Below the pieces are notes generated by a model. It worked only from the letters and a program-made list of their open reading frames with translations. It did not search any database and was not told the DNA's origin. The position numbers and the translations under genes were made by a program. From positions 1 to 30,592 of the forward strand of contig BTVV01000072.1 in the NCBI GenBank assembly GCA_045863855.1: a stretch of DNA of 30,592 nt, read 5' to 3'. Shown here piece after piece: positions 8,877 to 17,218 of this stretch (position 1 is its first letter; each line of letters opens with the position of its first letter). The stretch comes from Planctomycetota bacterium (GTDB lineage Bacteria; Planctomycetota; SZUA-567; H5-PLA8).

Positions 8877-8904
8877 GCTTCCGGCCGAAGTACCCCGCAT
8901 CCGG

Positions 8905-8938
8905 AAACGCGAGCCCGAAACGGCTCGCGTTTTTTATT
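8905..8938 (+). terminator. Rho-independent terminator (possibly bidirectional)
   Basis: AAACGCGAGCC-cgaaac-GGCTCGCGTTT followed by TTTATT, between convergent genes. Confidence 0.85.
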
Positions 8939-9362
8939 ACGTCGGCTTCTGGGCGAGAATGCCGCGGATGAACTCGATCTCTTCCGGCGACGCTTCGAGC
9001 CAGCGCAGCGCCTCGGCTTGCTCGCGAAAGACCGAACATTCCGGAAGCACCGGCTCCACCATCAACTGGTACATCCGCGCGAGGCCAAAGGACACGTCGG
9101 TGGGTGCGGCAATCGTAAGCCGGTACGATTCGTGTCGCGGTACATGGCGCAGATCGTGCTCGACCAAAGCCTGCAAGCCTGCTCGCGTCACGCCGGCCTC
9201 GGTCACGCCCTCAAGCGAACAGAACTCGCGCCTCCGGATCGGCAGCGCCGGATCGTCCAACTGCGCCTTTGCGAGCGCTTTCAACTCGGCATCGGTCACC
9301 AGCCCCGAAGCGACGGTGAGCACCAGTTGCGTACGCGGATGTATCGCGTAGGTGAAAGGCAT
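8937..9362 (-). CDS. Small STAS/SpoIIAA-like hypothetical protein
   Basis: ATG 9362 with GGAG RBS; pattern Y.I....LV....SG.VT..E...D...FGLARMY...VFR....AL.WL typical of this family. Confidence 0.65.
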   Translation of the reverse strand: MPFTYAIHPRTQLVLTVASGLVTDAELKALAKAQLDDPALPIRRREFCSLEGVTEAGVTRAGLQALVEHDLRHVPRHESYRLTIAAPTDVSFGLARMYQLMVEPVLPECSVFREQAEALRWLEASPEEIEFIRGILAQKPT

Positions 9363-9468
9363 GCGCTCCAAGACTCCGTGAGGCGGCGGAAGACGGCTTT
9401 GCGGTCACGCCGTGCATCGTATGAGTAAGCCTGCACTATAAAAGGTTTCCGCCGGACTGTCACGCCGC

Positions 9469-9900
9469 TCAGCCTGCTGCGGGCGCGGCCGACCAGAGCA
9501 CCAGCTCGCCTTCGGCGCAGCGTCCCGCGTCGGTTTCGGCATGGACGCGGAAGCGCTGAAACGCGCCATGCACGCGGAGGCGTTCGGCATGCAGGATCAC
9601 GCGCGCACCGGGAAGAACTTCTCGGCGCATGCGGAAGCGCGGCACGGACGCCAGGCGCGAAATGAGACGCGGGCCTTCGGGAGCTTTGGAGCGCAAGGCC
9701 AGCCCGGCCGTCTGCGCCAGAGCTTCCAGCAACAGCGTAGCCGGCCAGCGCTCGCGGCCGGCCAACCAGCTGGCGGCGGAGACGGCCAAGCGCGCCGATG
9801 CGCGTTCGCCGGGCGTCAGGGATTCGATGCGGTCAATGAATAGAAACGGAGGGCGGTGCGGGAGCCACGCGGCCGGATCGGCAGGCACCGGCGCAATCAT
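9469..9900 (-). CDS. FabZ/FabA-like hotdog-fold 3-hydroxyacyl-ACP dehydratase homologue
   Basis: LPHRPPFLFIDRI and LLLEALAQTAG motifs, V.PG; start ATG 9900 overlaps the upstream stop (ATGA). Confidence 0.82.
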   Translation of the reverse strand: MIAPVPADPAAWLPHRPPFLFIDRIESLTPGERASARLAVSAASWLAGRERWPATLLLEALAQTAGLALRSKAPEGPRLISRLASVPRFRMRREVLPGARVILHAERLRVHGAFQRFRVHAETDAGRCAEGELVLWSAAPAAG

Positions 9901-10667
9901 TCGGGATCCTTGACGGCCTCGGGCTTCTGCGCGCCGGCGTCCTTGAGCAACGCGTGCTCGAAAGACTCGGCGGAGAGTTCCGCCTCCACCTTCAGGTCGC
10001 CGAAATGTTCGATCAGCCGGTCGCCCGCGCCGGCCGGGGGAACCTTTTCGAGCGAGCTGAAAAACGCCGCGCCTTCGGTCACGCGCGCGATCAGGAACTG
10101 GTACGGCACGTCGGCGTTGCCCAGCTTCGCGCCGGGTTTCTTGGCCAGCACCACGCGCCACTGAGCCGGCTTGCTGTCCACGCCCGGCGCTTTGAACAGA
10201 TGCACGTCGAAGTATTCCTGCAACGCCGCCAGATCCATCGTGCTTGCGGCCTTGAGCAGCGCGAGGAGCTTCGGCGCGGCGGTGAAGTCCTTCACCCGCG
10301 TGGGCGGTTGCAGCGAGGGCGCGAACTCGGCCACCTGGACCCCGTTCAAGCGCCAAGCCTTCCAGGGGGATCCGTCGGGTTTGTGGAAAACGCGCAGCAC
10401 CTGGTCCGGGCGCTGCATCAGCATCTCGCCCGTCTCGACCCGTTCGCCCAGGAGTTCGTCGTTCATCACCGCGCGGACTTTGACGCGCACGCTGGGATGC
10501 TTGTCGAAGCTGGCTTTCAGCGCCGCCAAAGCCGCCGTGGCTTCGCCGCCTTCCACCTTCGATTCGCCCGCCGCCGGCTGCAGGTCGTCGGCGGACCACG
10601 CGGGCCACGCCGCCCAGCACAGTCCCAGCAGAATCGCCCCTGCACGCATCTTCCACCGGCTGCTCAT
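9897..10667 (-). CDS. LolA-like outer-membrane lipoprotein carrier/sorting protein
   Basis: Signal peptide (..AAWPAWSA), 'ETGEMLMQRPD', 'F.DLK...ELSAESF' C-terminal pattern; ATG 10667 with GGAG RBS. Confidence 0.68.
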   Translation of the reverse strand: MSSRWKMRAGAILLGLCWAAWPAWSADDLQPAAGESKVEGGEATAALAALKASFDKHPSVRVKVRAVMNDELLGERVETGEMLMQRPDQVLRVFHKPDGSPWKAWRLNGVQVAEFAPSLQPPTRVKDFTAAPKLLALLKAASTMDLAALQEYFDVHLFKAPGVDSKPAQWRVVLAKKPGAKLGNADVPYQFLIARVTEGAAFFSSLEKVPPAGAGDRLIEHFGDLKVEAELSAESFEHALLKDAGAQKPEAVKDPE

Positions 10668-10830
10668 GCCTGTCTCCCGAACCGTGTCGATGGGACGCCC
10701 GCTTCCGCGGCCGCATTCAAGTGTTCGGCCTCGCCCCACAGGGAATTGGCGTCCGAGCACTTTTTCCTAGACGTATGTACGCGCTCGCATTCCCATTGAA
10801 TAGCAATCCGTGCACCAAGCGCACGGGCGG

Positions 10831-11934
10831 TTATCGCTCCAGCAAGAACGCATCCCAAGCCGTGGCGATGCGTTTGGCCAGTTCAGCCCGTTCGGCCTCC
10901 GGGAAGAAGCTCGCTCGAGCCGCCTGGATGGCCATTTCGCGCAAGGCCTCCAGCGGCACGCCGCAGCGCTCGTGCGCGCGGGCGTACTCTTCCGTCAGAT
11001 CCACGGCGCTGATCGTCGGATCGTCGCTGTTGACGGTAACCCGCACGCCGGCTTCGTGCAGGGCTTTTAAGGGATGCGCTTCGAACGAGGCGGCGGCGCG
11101 GGTCTGAACGTTGCTGGTGGGGCAGACTTCCAAGGTAGCGCCGCGGCTTTTAAGCAGCCGAACCACCGCGGGATCTTCGGCGGCGCGCACGCCGTGTCCG
11201 ATGCGTACGGCGCCGAAGCGTTCCAGCGCTTCCCGCACGTTGGCCGCGCCCGGTCCGTCGGGGTCTTCGCCGGCATGCAAAGTGATCCCGCGCTCGGCGC
11301 GGCGCCAGGCTTCGAGAAACTCCGCGACGCTCTCCAGCGGGCAGGCCTCGTCTCCACAGACATCTACCGCGGCCAGCTTGGCGCCCAGGGGACGTTCCAG
11401 CAGTTTGGTTTGCAGCGCGTTGGCCGCCGCGGGCACCTGCCGGTTCAAGGCCACGGTGCAGGAGACGAGCACGCCGCGTCGCGCCGCTTCGGCGAAGGCG
11501 CCGCGCATGAGGGCTTCCGTCGCCGCTTCGACGGCCTCGAACGGTGGGAGCGGCAGGTCGGCCAAGCTGACCATGGCCGGCATCTCCCGCGCGCGCCAAG
11601 CCCAAAACAGCGGCGCGAAGCGCAACTCGTATGCGATGATGCCATCGGCCGCGGCGTCGGCGACGGCCTCGCGTCCGACGCGCTCCAGGTCGGCAATGGT
11701 TCCGTACCGGAAGCGCAGTGCGGCAAAGCGCGCCAGAAAGGCGCGAAAGCCGGGCGGCTCGCCTGCCGGAATCGTCACCGCCGCTTCGAGCGCCTCTCGG
11801 CTGGCATGCAAGCTTGCCTGCGCGGATTGATGGAATTCCCAGAGCGAATCCAGGCGCAACGCGCCTTCGAGGTGCCGGTGCAATTCGACCTTCGGCAATG
11901 CGCGCAGCCGCGCGCGCAGCTCCTCAGGATTCAT
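10831..11934 (-). CDS. add: Adenosine/adenine deaminase
   Basis: LPKVELHRHLEG, HAGE, RIGHG, EVCPTSN, NSDDP; start ATG 11934 overlaps the upstream stop. Confidence 0.9.
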   Translation of the reverse strand: MNPEELRARLRALPKVELHRHLEGALRLDSLWEFHQSAQASLHASREALEAAVTIPAGEPPGFRAFLARFAALRFRYGTIADLERVGREAVADAAADGIIAYELRFAPLFWAWRAREMPAMVSLADLPLPPFEAVEAATEALMRGAFAEAARRGVLVSCTVALNRQVPAAANALQTKLLERPLGAKLAAVDVCGDEACPLESVAEFLEAWRRAERGITLHAGEDPDGPGAANVREALERFGAVRIGHGVRAAEDPAVVRLLKSRGATLEVCPTSNVQTRAAASFEAHPLKALHEAGVRVTVNSDDPTISAVDLTEEYARAHERCGVPLEALREMAIQAARASFFPEAERAELAKRIATAWDAFLLER

Positions 11935-12932
11935 GGATGCTCCTGGCATTCGGCACGCAACGCGGCGAGGAATTCGCCCACGGCGTCCGTGTAGGCCGCT
12001 TCGCCGCGCGCACCGAGGTCCTGGTGTCCCACGCCGGGCAATTCGAGAAAGCGCTTGGGAATGCCTCCGGCACTGGCGGCCGGCGCGGCTTCGAAGAGAC
12101 GCCGGCCGTGCTCGAACGGAACCACACGATCGTCGGTCCCATGGATAACCAGGAGCGGGCAGGTGACGCGCGGGATGCGTTCGATGGACGGGTAACGCTC
12201 TTGAAGGATCAGGCGCACGGGCACGAACCAGTACAGATGCGCGGCCACTTCGGTGAGGCTGGTGAAGGGCATCTCGAGCGCCAAGCCCCCAGGCGGCGTG
12301 CCCGCGGCGCAGAGCTCTTCGGCGAGGCGCACGGCAACGGCGCACCCCAAGGATTCGCCCCACAGAATCGTCCGTTCCGGCGGGATGCCGCGTTCGCGCA
12401 CCCAGGCCAGCGCGGCGCGCGCGTCGAGCGCCAGGCCTTCTTCGTGCGGCGCGCCCTCGCTGTCCCCATAGCCTCGGTAGTCGAAGCAGCAGGCATGCAG
12501 CCCGCGCCGCGACAGGTGGTACAGCATCTCGGCGCGGTGTCCGCGATGCCCTCCGTTGCCGTGGAAGAACAGGACCGCCATGTCTCCGCCGCGCATGCTC
12601 GCATCGAAATCGGGTTCCTGGGCGTCCGCCTCGGGGCGCACGTGCCAGCCGCCCAGCGTCACGCCGTCGGCCGCGCTGACGGTCACGTTGCGCGCGCGGT
12701 CGGGCGCAAGTCCGGCGCGCTGGGGATCGACCGCCTCCGCGCGCGTGGGCGCGTAGATCAACTTGCGCTGCATCGCGAAGAGCGCCGCGCATAAAACCAG
12801 GTAACCGCCGAGGAGATAGAGCACGCTTCGCTTCAAGTAATAGGCCAGGCCGAAGTGCGCCGGAGCCGCCGGCGCGGGTTCGGGAGGGGACGCCACGCGT
12901 TCCGTGACGGCACGTTCGGCAAGCGATCCCAT
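11931..12932 (-). CDS. Membrane-anchored alpha/beta hydrolase (ABHD12/13-like)
   Basis: N-terminal TM helix then QRKLIY, FFHGNG, DYRGYGDSEG, nucleophile GESLG, HGTDD, GH triad residues. Confidence 0.9.
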   Translation of the reverse strand: MGSLAERAVTERVASPPEPAPAAPAHFGLAYYLKRSVLYLLGGYLVLCAALFAMQRKLIYAPTRAEAVDPQRAGLAPDRARNVTVSAADGVTLGGWHVRPEADAQEPDFDASMRGGDMAVLFFHGNGGHRGHRAEMLYHLSRRGLHACCFDYRGYGDSEGAPHEEGLALDARAALAWVRERGIPPERTILWGESLGCAVAVRLAEELCAAGTPPGGLALEMPFTSLTEVAAHLYWFVPVRLILQERYPSIERIPRVTCPLLVIHGTDDRVVPFEHGRRLFEAAPAASAGGIPKRFLELPGVGHQDLGARGEAAYTDAVGEFLAALRAECQEHP

Positions 12933-12974
12933 CGTTCGCGCACCTGCCCCGGAAAATCGCCGCGACTATACTCG

Positions 12975-13925
12975 CTATTTCAGCCAGCGCCGCAGCAAAC
13001 CCGTCGAGCGCGGTCCGCGCAGCGGCCGGCCATCCAACGCGCGCTCCAGGTCCTCCGCCAGTTGCGCGCAGGTCGGGTAGCGCTTGGCGGGTTCCTTTTC
13101 CAGGCAATGCATGACGACTCGCTCGAGGTTCAAGTCGACGGTGGAATCCAATTCGCGCGGCGGCTTGGGCGGAAGCGCCATGACCATTTGGCGTGTGCGT
13201 GCGGACGTAAGCGCCGCGAAGGGCGGCCGGCCGGTCAGGACTTCGTAGAGCATCGCGCCGATGGCGTAGACGTCGGTGGCCGGCGTGAGCCCTGCCTCTT
13301 CGCCGCGCGCCTGCTCGGGGCTCATGTACGACGGCGTGCCGACGATGTGCTGGACCTGCGCGTCGGCCGGCGCGCCGCGGCGCCAGGAGAGCCCGAAGTC
13401 GAGCACGAACGGTTCGCCTTTCGAGGTGACCACGACGTTACGCGGCTTCAGGTCGCGGTGGATCAGCCCATTCTCGTGCGCGTGATGCACCGCGCGGGCG
13501 ACGAGCGCCATCGCGCGCAGCGCGGTAGGCTGGTCGATCATGCCCGAGGCCAGGCCTTGGTCGAGCGGAAGGCCCGCCACGAAGCGAAACGCGATGTACG
13601 CGTAATCGTCGGCGAGGCCGCATTCGTGAACCGTCACGATGTTCGGATGGTCCAGCCGTGCGTAGAGTTCCAGTTCGCGCTGGGCAGTGGCGTGGAGGTC
13701 CGCGGCGCTCTGGCCGGCCAGCGTGGGGTAGAGGACCTTCAAGGCGACGACGGCTCCGTTGCGCGGATCCGAGGCGCGGTAGACGACCGAACCCGTCCCG
13801 CGGCCGACTTCGCGTTCGACCAGGAAAGGTCCGAGGCTGAGCGGCGGAAATGCCGGCGGCCCGGAACCGGGGTTGGACTCCGGCGCGGGCACGGGCTCCA
13901 GGCGCGAACCGCTGGCGTTGCTCAT
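12975..13925 (-). CDS. Hanks-type Ser/Thr protein kinase, cytoplasmic, kinase domain only
   Basis: GRG loop, VALKVL, HPNIV, HRDLKPRN, DFGL, GTPSYMSPEQ, DVYAIG, RY; start could be TTG 13937. Confidence 0.93.
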   Translation of the reverse strand: MSNASGSRLEPVPAPESNPGSGPPAFPPLSLGPFLVEREVGRGTGSVVYRASDPRNGAVVALKVLYPTLAGQSAADLHATAQRELELYARLDHPNIVTVHECGLADDYAYIAFRFVAGLPLDQGLASGMIDQPTALRAMALVARAVHHAHENGLIHRDLKPRNVVVTSKGEPFVLDFGLSWRRGAPADAQVQHIVGTPSYMSPEQARGEEAGLTPATDVYAIGAMLYEVLTGRPPFAALTSARTRQMVMALPPKPPRELDSTVDLNLERVVMHCLEKEPAKRYPTCAQLAEDLERALDGRPLRGPRSTGLLRRWLK

Positions 13926-14000
13926 GGGTGTATCCAACGCGGTTTGGGGCGTAACTGCAAGTATTAAGCTAAACTTGCACCGGTGCGAGATTCGAAGGGC

Positions 14001-14720
14001 TCAAGATCCTGGCGGCGATAGGGCCGCTTGGCGTTCTGCATCGAGCACTTCGTAACGCTTGAGCCGGTCCCAGGACCACCAGCGACTCAGCCGCCAGCCG
14101 CGCCATGCGGCCCAGGCCGTGACGACCGAAAAGAACAATGTGTAGCCGATCGAGAAGAGGACCAAAGCAGCGCGGAGCCCAGGTCGTTGCAGGGCACGAC
14201 TGTAGCGCGCGACATCCAGCGCGGCATACATCCCCAAACCTGTGCAAGAAAAGAGGTAGATAGCGAGGGCGATCAGTTCGGCGATCTCAAGTCCGATATT
14301 CACTTTTTGCATGAATGCCAGCAATGCTCCGTAGACCAATACCGCCGTGACGAGGTCCTGCATCCACATCTGCATGGGTGGGTCGTTGCGAGCTTGAAGC
14401 CACTGATGATATTCGCCGCGCCGGATCATCCAGCGAATAAGGACGAACATCCAGCCGCCGAAACCGAATACGCCCAGCAGGAGGAGGGGAATGGCGCCAT
14501 AACCATCGAACTGCATGAAAATCACGACCAGCAACCACGTTCCGACGCCCCAAACCACGACCATTAAGCAGGAGATCAAGTAGCGCTTTACCGGCTCATG
14601 CTTGCGCGCCATGAATCCCAACTCAAGCATGAAGTATCGATAGGCCAAGTAGCCCCAGAAGCAGATGCCCGCCAGGAAGCCCCCTGCGAAGATTGCACCC
14701 AGCAGTCCGAATAAGCTCAT
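14001..14720 (-). CDS. Multi-pass membrane protein of unknown function (paralog A)
   Basis: About 6-7 hydrophobic segments; shares motifs with the adjacent upstream gene; likely ATG 14720. Confidence 0.72.
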   Translation of the reverse strand: MSLFGLLGAIFAGGFLAGICFWGYLAYRYFMLELGFMARKHEPVKRYLISCLMVVVWGVGTWLLVVIFMQFDGYGAIPLLLLGVFGFGGWMFVLIRWMIRRGEYHQWLQARNDPPMQMWMQDLVTAVLVYGALLAFMQKVNIGLEIAELIALAIYLFSCTGLGMYAALDVARYSRALQRPGLRAALVLFSIGYTLFFSVVTAWAAWRGWRLSRWWSWDRLKRYEVLDAERQAALSPPGS

Positions 14721-14745
14721 GGGGCCGCCCCCGAAGCGTATCTCC

Positions 14746-15489
14746 CTACGCCGGGCCGCCGATGCTGCCGGGCGGGGACTGATCTGCAGGCGATACAGCT
14801 TGCTGCGGCCGGAGGTCACTCGGCCCTGAATCGAGCGGTCCGGCGGAGGCGAGCCAGAGCGCGCGGCGCCAGGCCCACCACGCTACGAAGCTGAGCGGGC
14901 CCAGGAACGCACAGAGGAGCACCATCAGCGCCACGTAGCCCGCGCGCTTGCCGCCTTCCAGGCGCGCCGAACTGCGCCGTCCGGCGTCGAGCGCCGCGAA
15001 GCAGCCGAAGAGCGCCCCCGGAAGCAGGTAAATCGCCCAGCCCAGCACGTAGCGTTCGGGCATGTTCCCGCTCTGCGCGAGCGCCGCCAGGATCGCCATC
15101 AGCGTGCCGTAAGTAAAGAGCCCTGCGTAAAGGTCGATCATCGCCGTTTGCAGAGGCGGCGGCGGAAAGCGCGCGGTATAGGCGCGGTAGTCTGGAAGTT
15201 GTTTGAGCCCCTTGACGATCAGGATGATCCAGTAGATCGGGCCCGCGATGCAAGCCAGGCCGTAGGCCATGAAACCAAAGATGGGAATCAGGAACACGAC
15301 GACCGTCACGACGCTCGTATAGAAAAGGTAGAGGACCGTGCCGATCACCGAGGCGGCCAGCAGCGCGGCGGGCCGATCGTAGTAGGAGGTATACGCCAGC
15401 TTGACGAGTCGGTTGCGGAAGGCGACGTACGTGAACGCGTAAGGCCCGAAGCCGATGGAAAGCGCGAGTAACAAGCCCAAAGCGGCCAC
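14746..15489 (-). CDS. Multi-pass membrane protein of unknown function (paralog B)
   Basis: About 6-7 hydrophobic segments; GTG start with GGAGG RBS just after the nadB stop. Confidence 0.72.
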   Translation of the reverse strand: MAALGLLLALSIGFGPYAFTYVAFRNRLVKLAYTSYYDRPAALLAASVIGTVLYLFYTSVVTVVVFLIPIFGFMAYGLACIAGPIYWIILIVKGLKQLPDYRAYTARFPPPPLQTAMIDLYAGLFTYGTLMAILAALAQSGNMPERYVLGWAIYLLPGALFGCFAALDAGRRSSARLEGGKRAGYVALMVLLCAFLGPLSFVAWWAWRRALWLASAGPLDSGPSDLRPQQAVSPADQSPPGSIGGPA

Positions 15490-15507
15490 GCGGCGCCTCC
15501 GCGGCGG

Positions 15508-17115
15508 TTATTCGAAATCGCGACGGTTGAAGTCGAGATGCTTCTTCCAGCGGGTGTCGTCGGTCTGGGGGAAGTCGCTGCGCTGATGCGCGCCGCGGGA
15601 TTCCTCGCGCTTCAACGCGGAACGGATCACCAACTGCGCGCAGGCCAGCATGTTCTGCAATTCCAGGCCCTTCACGGTGGCGAACTCTTCGCTGTAAACG
15701 TAATTCTGCCAGAAATCGAGCATCTGGAGCGCGTTGGTCATCGTCTCGCCGTCGCGGACGATGCCGGCCGCGCGGCTGTCGAGGCTCTTGAGCGACGCGC
15801 GCACGTCGTCGACGTCGATCGGAATCTCTTCGCGCGGCAGGATCGGTTTTACGGCCTTGTCGGGGAACGTCGGCTGCGGTTCCTGCGCCAGCTTCAATGC
15901 CTGTTTGCCGGCTTCGGTGCCCATCACCAGTCCGTCCAAAAGCGAATTGGAAGCGAGGCGGTTGGCGCCGTGGATGCCGCAGGCCGCGACTTCGCCCGCC
16001 GCCAGCAGCCGGACGACGTCGGTCCGCGCTTCCAGATCGGTGCGAATGCCGCCCATCGTGTAATGGCAGGCCGGGCGCACGGGGATGCGGTCCTTGGTCA
16101 GGTCGAGGTGGTACTGCTTGAGCGCCTGCCGGATATTGGGGAAGCGTTCGAGCACCATCTTGGGGTCCAGATGCGCGAGGCTCAGGAAGACGTTGGTCGC
16201 GCCGGTGCGCTGCATCTCGTCCACGATCGCGCGGCTGACGACGTCGCGCGGCGCCAGCTCTTCGCGTTCGTCGTAGCGCGCCATGAAGCGCTCGCCCTTC
16301 GCGTTGAGCAGGTGCGCGCCCTCGCCGCGGACGGCTTCGCTGATCAGGAAGCGCCGCGCGCCCGCCACGTACAGCGTGGTGGGATGAAACTGCACGAACT
16401 CCATGTCTTCCATCGTCGCGCCGGCGCGAAAGGCCATCGCCATGCCGTCGCCGGTGGTCACGTCGGGGTTCGTCGATTCGCGGTAAATCTGCCCCAGGCC
16501 GCCGGTGGCGAGGATCGTCGCTTTCGCTTCGATCTTCAGGAAGCGGCCGCTTTTGATTTCCAGCGCCACCAGTCCGTAGCAGATGCCGTCCTTGTGCAGC
16601 AGGTCGATGACGAAGTGGTTTTCCAGCAGCGTGATGTTGGGATGGTCGTGCACGCGCTGATGCAGGCTCTTCTCGATCGCGCGGCCGGTGGCATCGCCGT
16701 TGGCGTGAAGGATGCGCCGGTGGCCGTGCCCGCCTTCGAGCGTCAGATGCAGCTCGTCATTCTTCGAGCGGTCGAAGGGCGTGCCCCACTCGATCAGCTT
16801 CTGCACCAGCGCGGGGCCTTCGGTGACGAGCTTGCGCACCGCGGCTTCGTCGCAAAGACCGCAGCCTACGGCGAGCGTATCCTGCAAGTGCGCTTCGGGC
16901 GAATCGTCCGGCGCCACGGCCGCCGCGATGCCGCCCTGCGCGTAAAAGGTGTTCGATTCCTGGGAGGAGCTTTTGGTGACGAGCATGACCGAAGCGTTTT
17001 CCGCGGCCACCAGCGCGGCCGAAAGCGCCGCGATGCCGGTGCCGCAGATCAGGACGTCCGGACCCAGCGACGGAACGCGCCGCAGGTCCAACTCCAATAA
17101 ATAGCGCTCCTGCAT
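15508..17115 (-). CDS. nadB: L-aspartate oxidase
   Basis: G.GIAAL FAD motif, SNTFYAQGGIAA, EGGH..RRILHA.GDATG, EFVQFHPT, LISEAVRGEGA, ELAPRDVV, HYTMGG, GIHGANRLASNSLL, REESRGAH. Confidence 0.95.
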   Translation of the reverse strand: MQERYLLELDLRRVPSLGPDVLICGTGIAALSAALVAAENASVMLVTKSSSQESNTFYAQGGIAAAVAPDDSPEAHLQDTLAVGCGLCDEAAVRKLVTEGPALVQKLIEWGTPFDRSKNDELHLTLEGGHGHRRILHANGDATGRAIEKSLHQRVHDHPNITLLENHFVIDLLHKDGICYGLVALEIKSGRFLKIEAKATILATGGLGQIYRESTNPDVTTGDGMAMAFRAGATMEDMEFVQFHPTTLYVAGARRFLISEAVRGEGAHLLNAKGERFMARYDEREELAPRDVVSRAIVDEMQRTGATNVFLSLAHLDPKMVLERFPNIRQALKQYHLDLTKDRIPVRPACHYTMGGIRTDLEARTDVVRLLAAGEVAACGIHGANRLASNSLLDGLVMGTEAGKQALKLAQEPQPTFPDKAVKPILPREEIPIDVDDVRASLKSLDSRAAGIVRDGETMTNALQMLDFWQNYVYSEEFATVKGLELQNMLACAQLVIRSALKREESRGAHQRSDFPQTDDTRWKKHLDFNRRDFE

Positions 17116-17218
17116 GAAGCGCGCCCCCCGCCCGGTCGCACGTAGTTTGCGTAAAGACTTTTACAGCAACGGGAAGCAGCGGCAAACTGCTTTAAGGTAA
17201 TCGCGGAGCGAACTCCTA

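Noticed and set aside
6858..8900. Long antisense ORFs (also 15538-17100, 24237-25715, 17216-18538, 19881-21119)
   Set aside because: Shadow frames expected from high GC3 codon bias; no recognisable motifs.
9469..10716. 415-aa ORF as an extended FabZ
   Set aside because: The extension is an alternative frame of the LolA-like gene; ATGA coupling marks the start at 9900.
10668..10830. Possible riboswitch in the leader of the LolA-like gene
   Set aside because: Only short incidental stems; no convincing aptamer consensus.
10831..13107. 758-aa ORF suggesting a deaminase fusion or frameshift product
   Set aside because: The N-terminal half is an Arg/Ala-rich off-frame read of the hydrolase gene; the real start at 11934 overlaps its stop.
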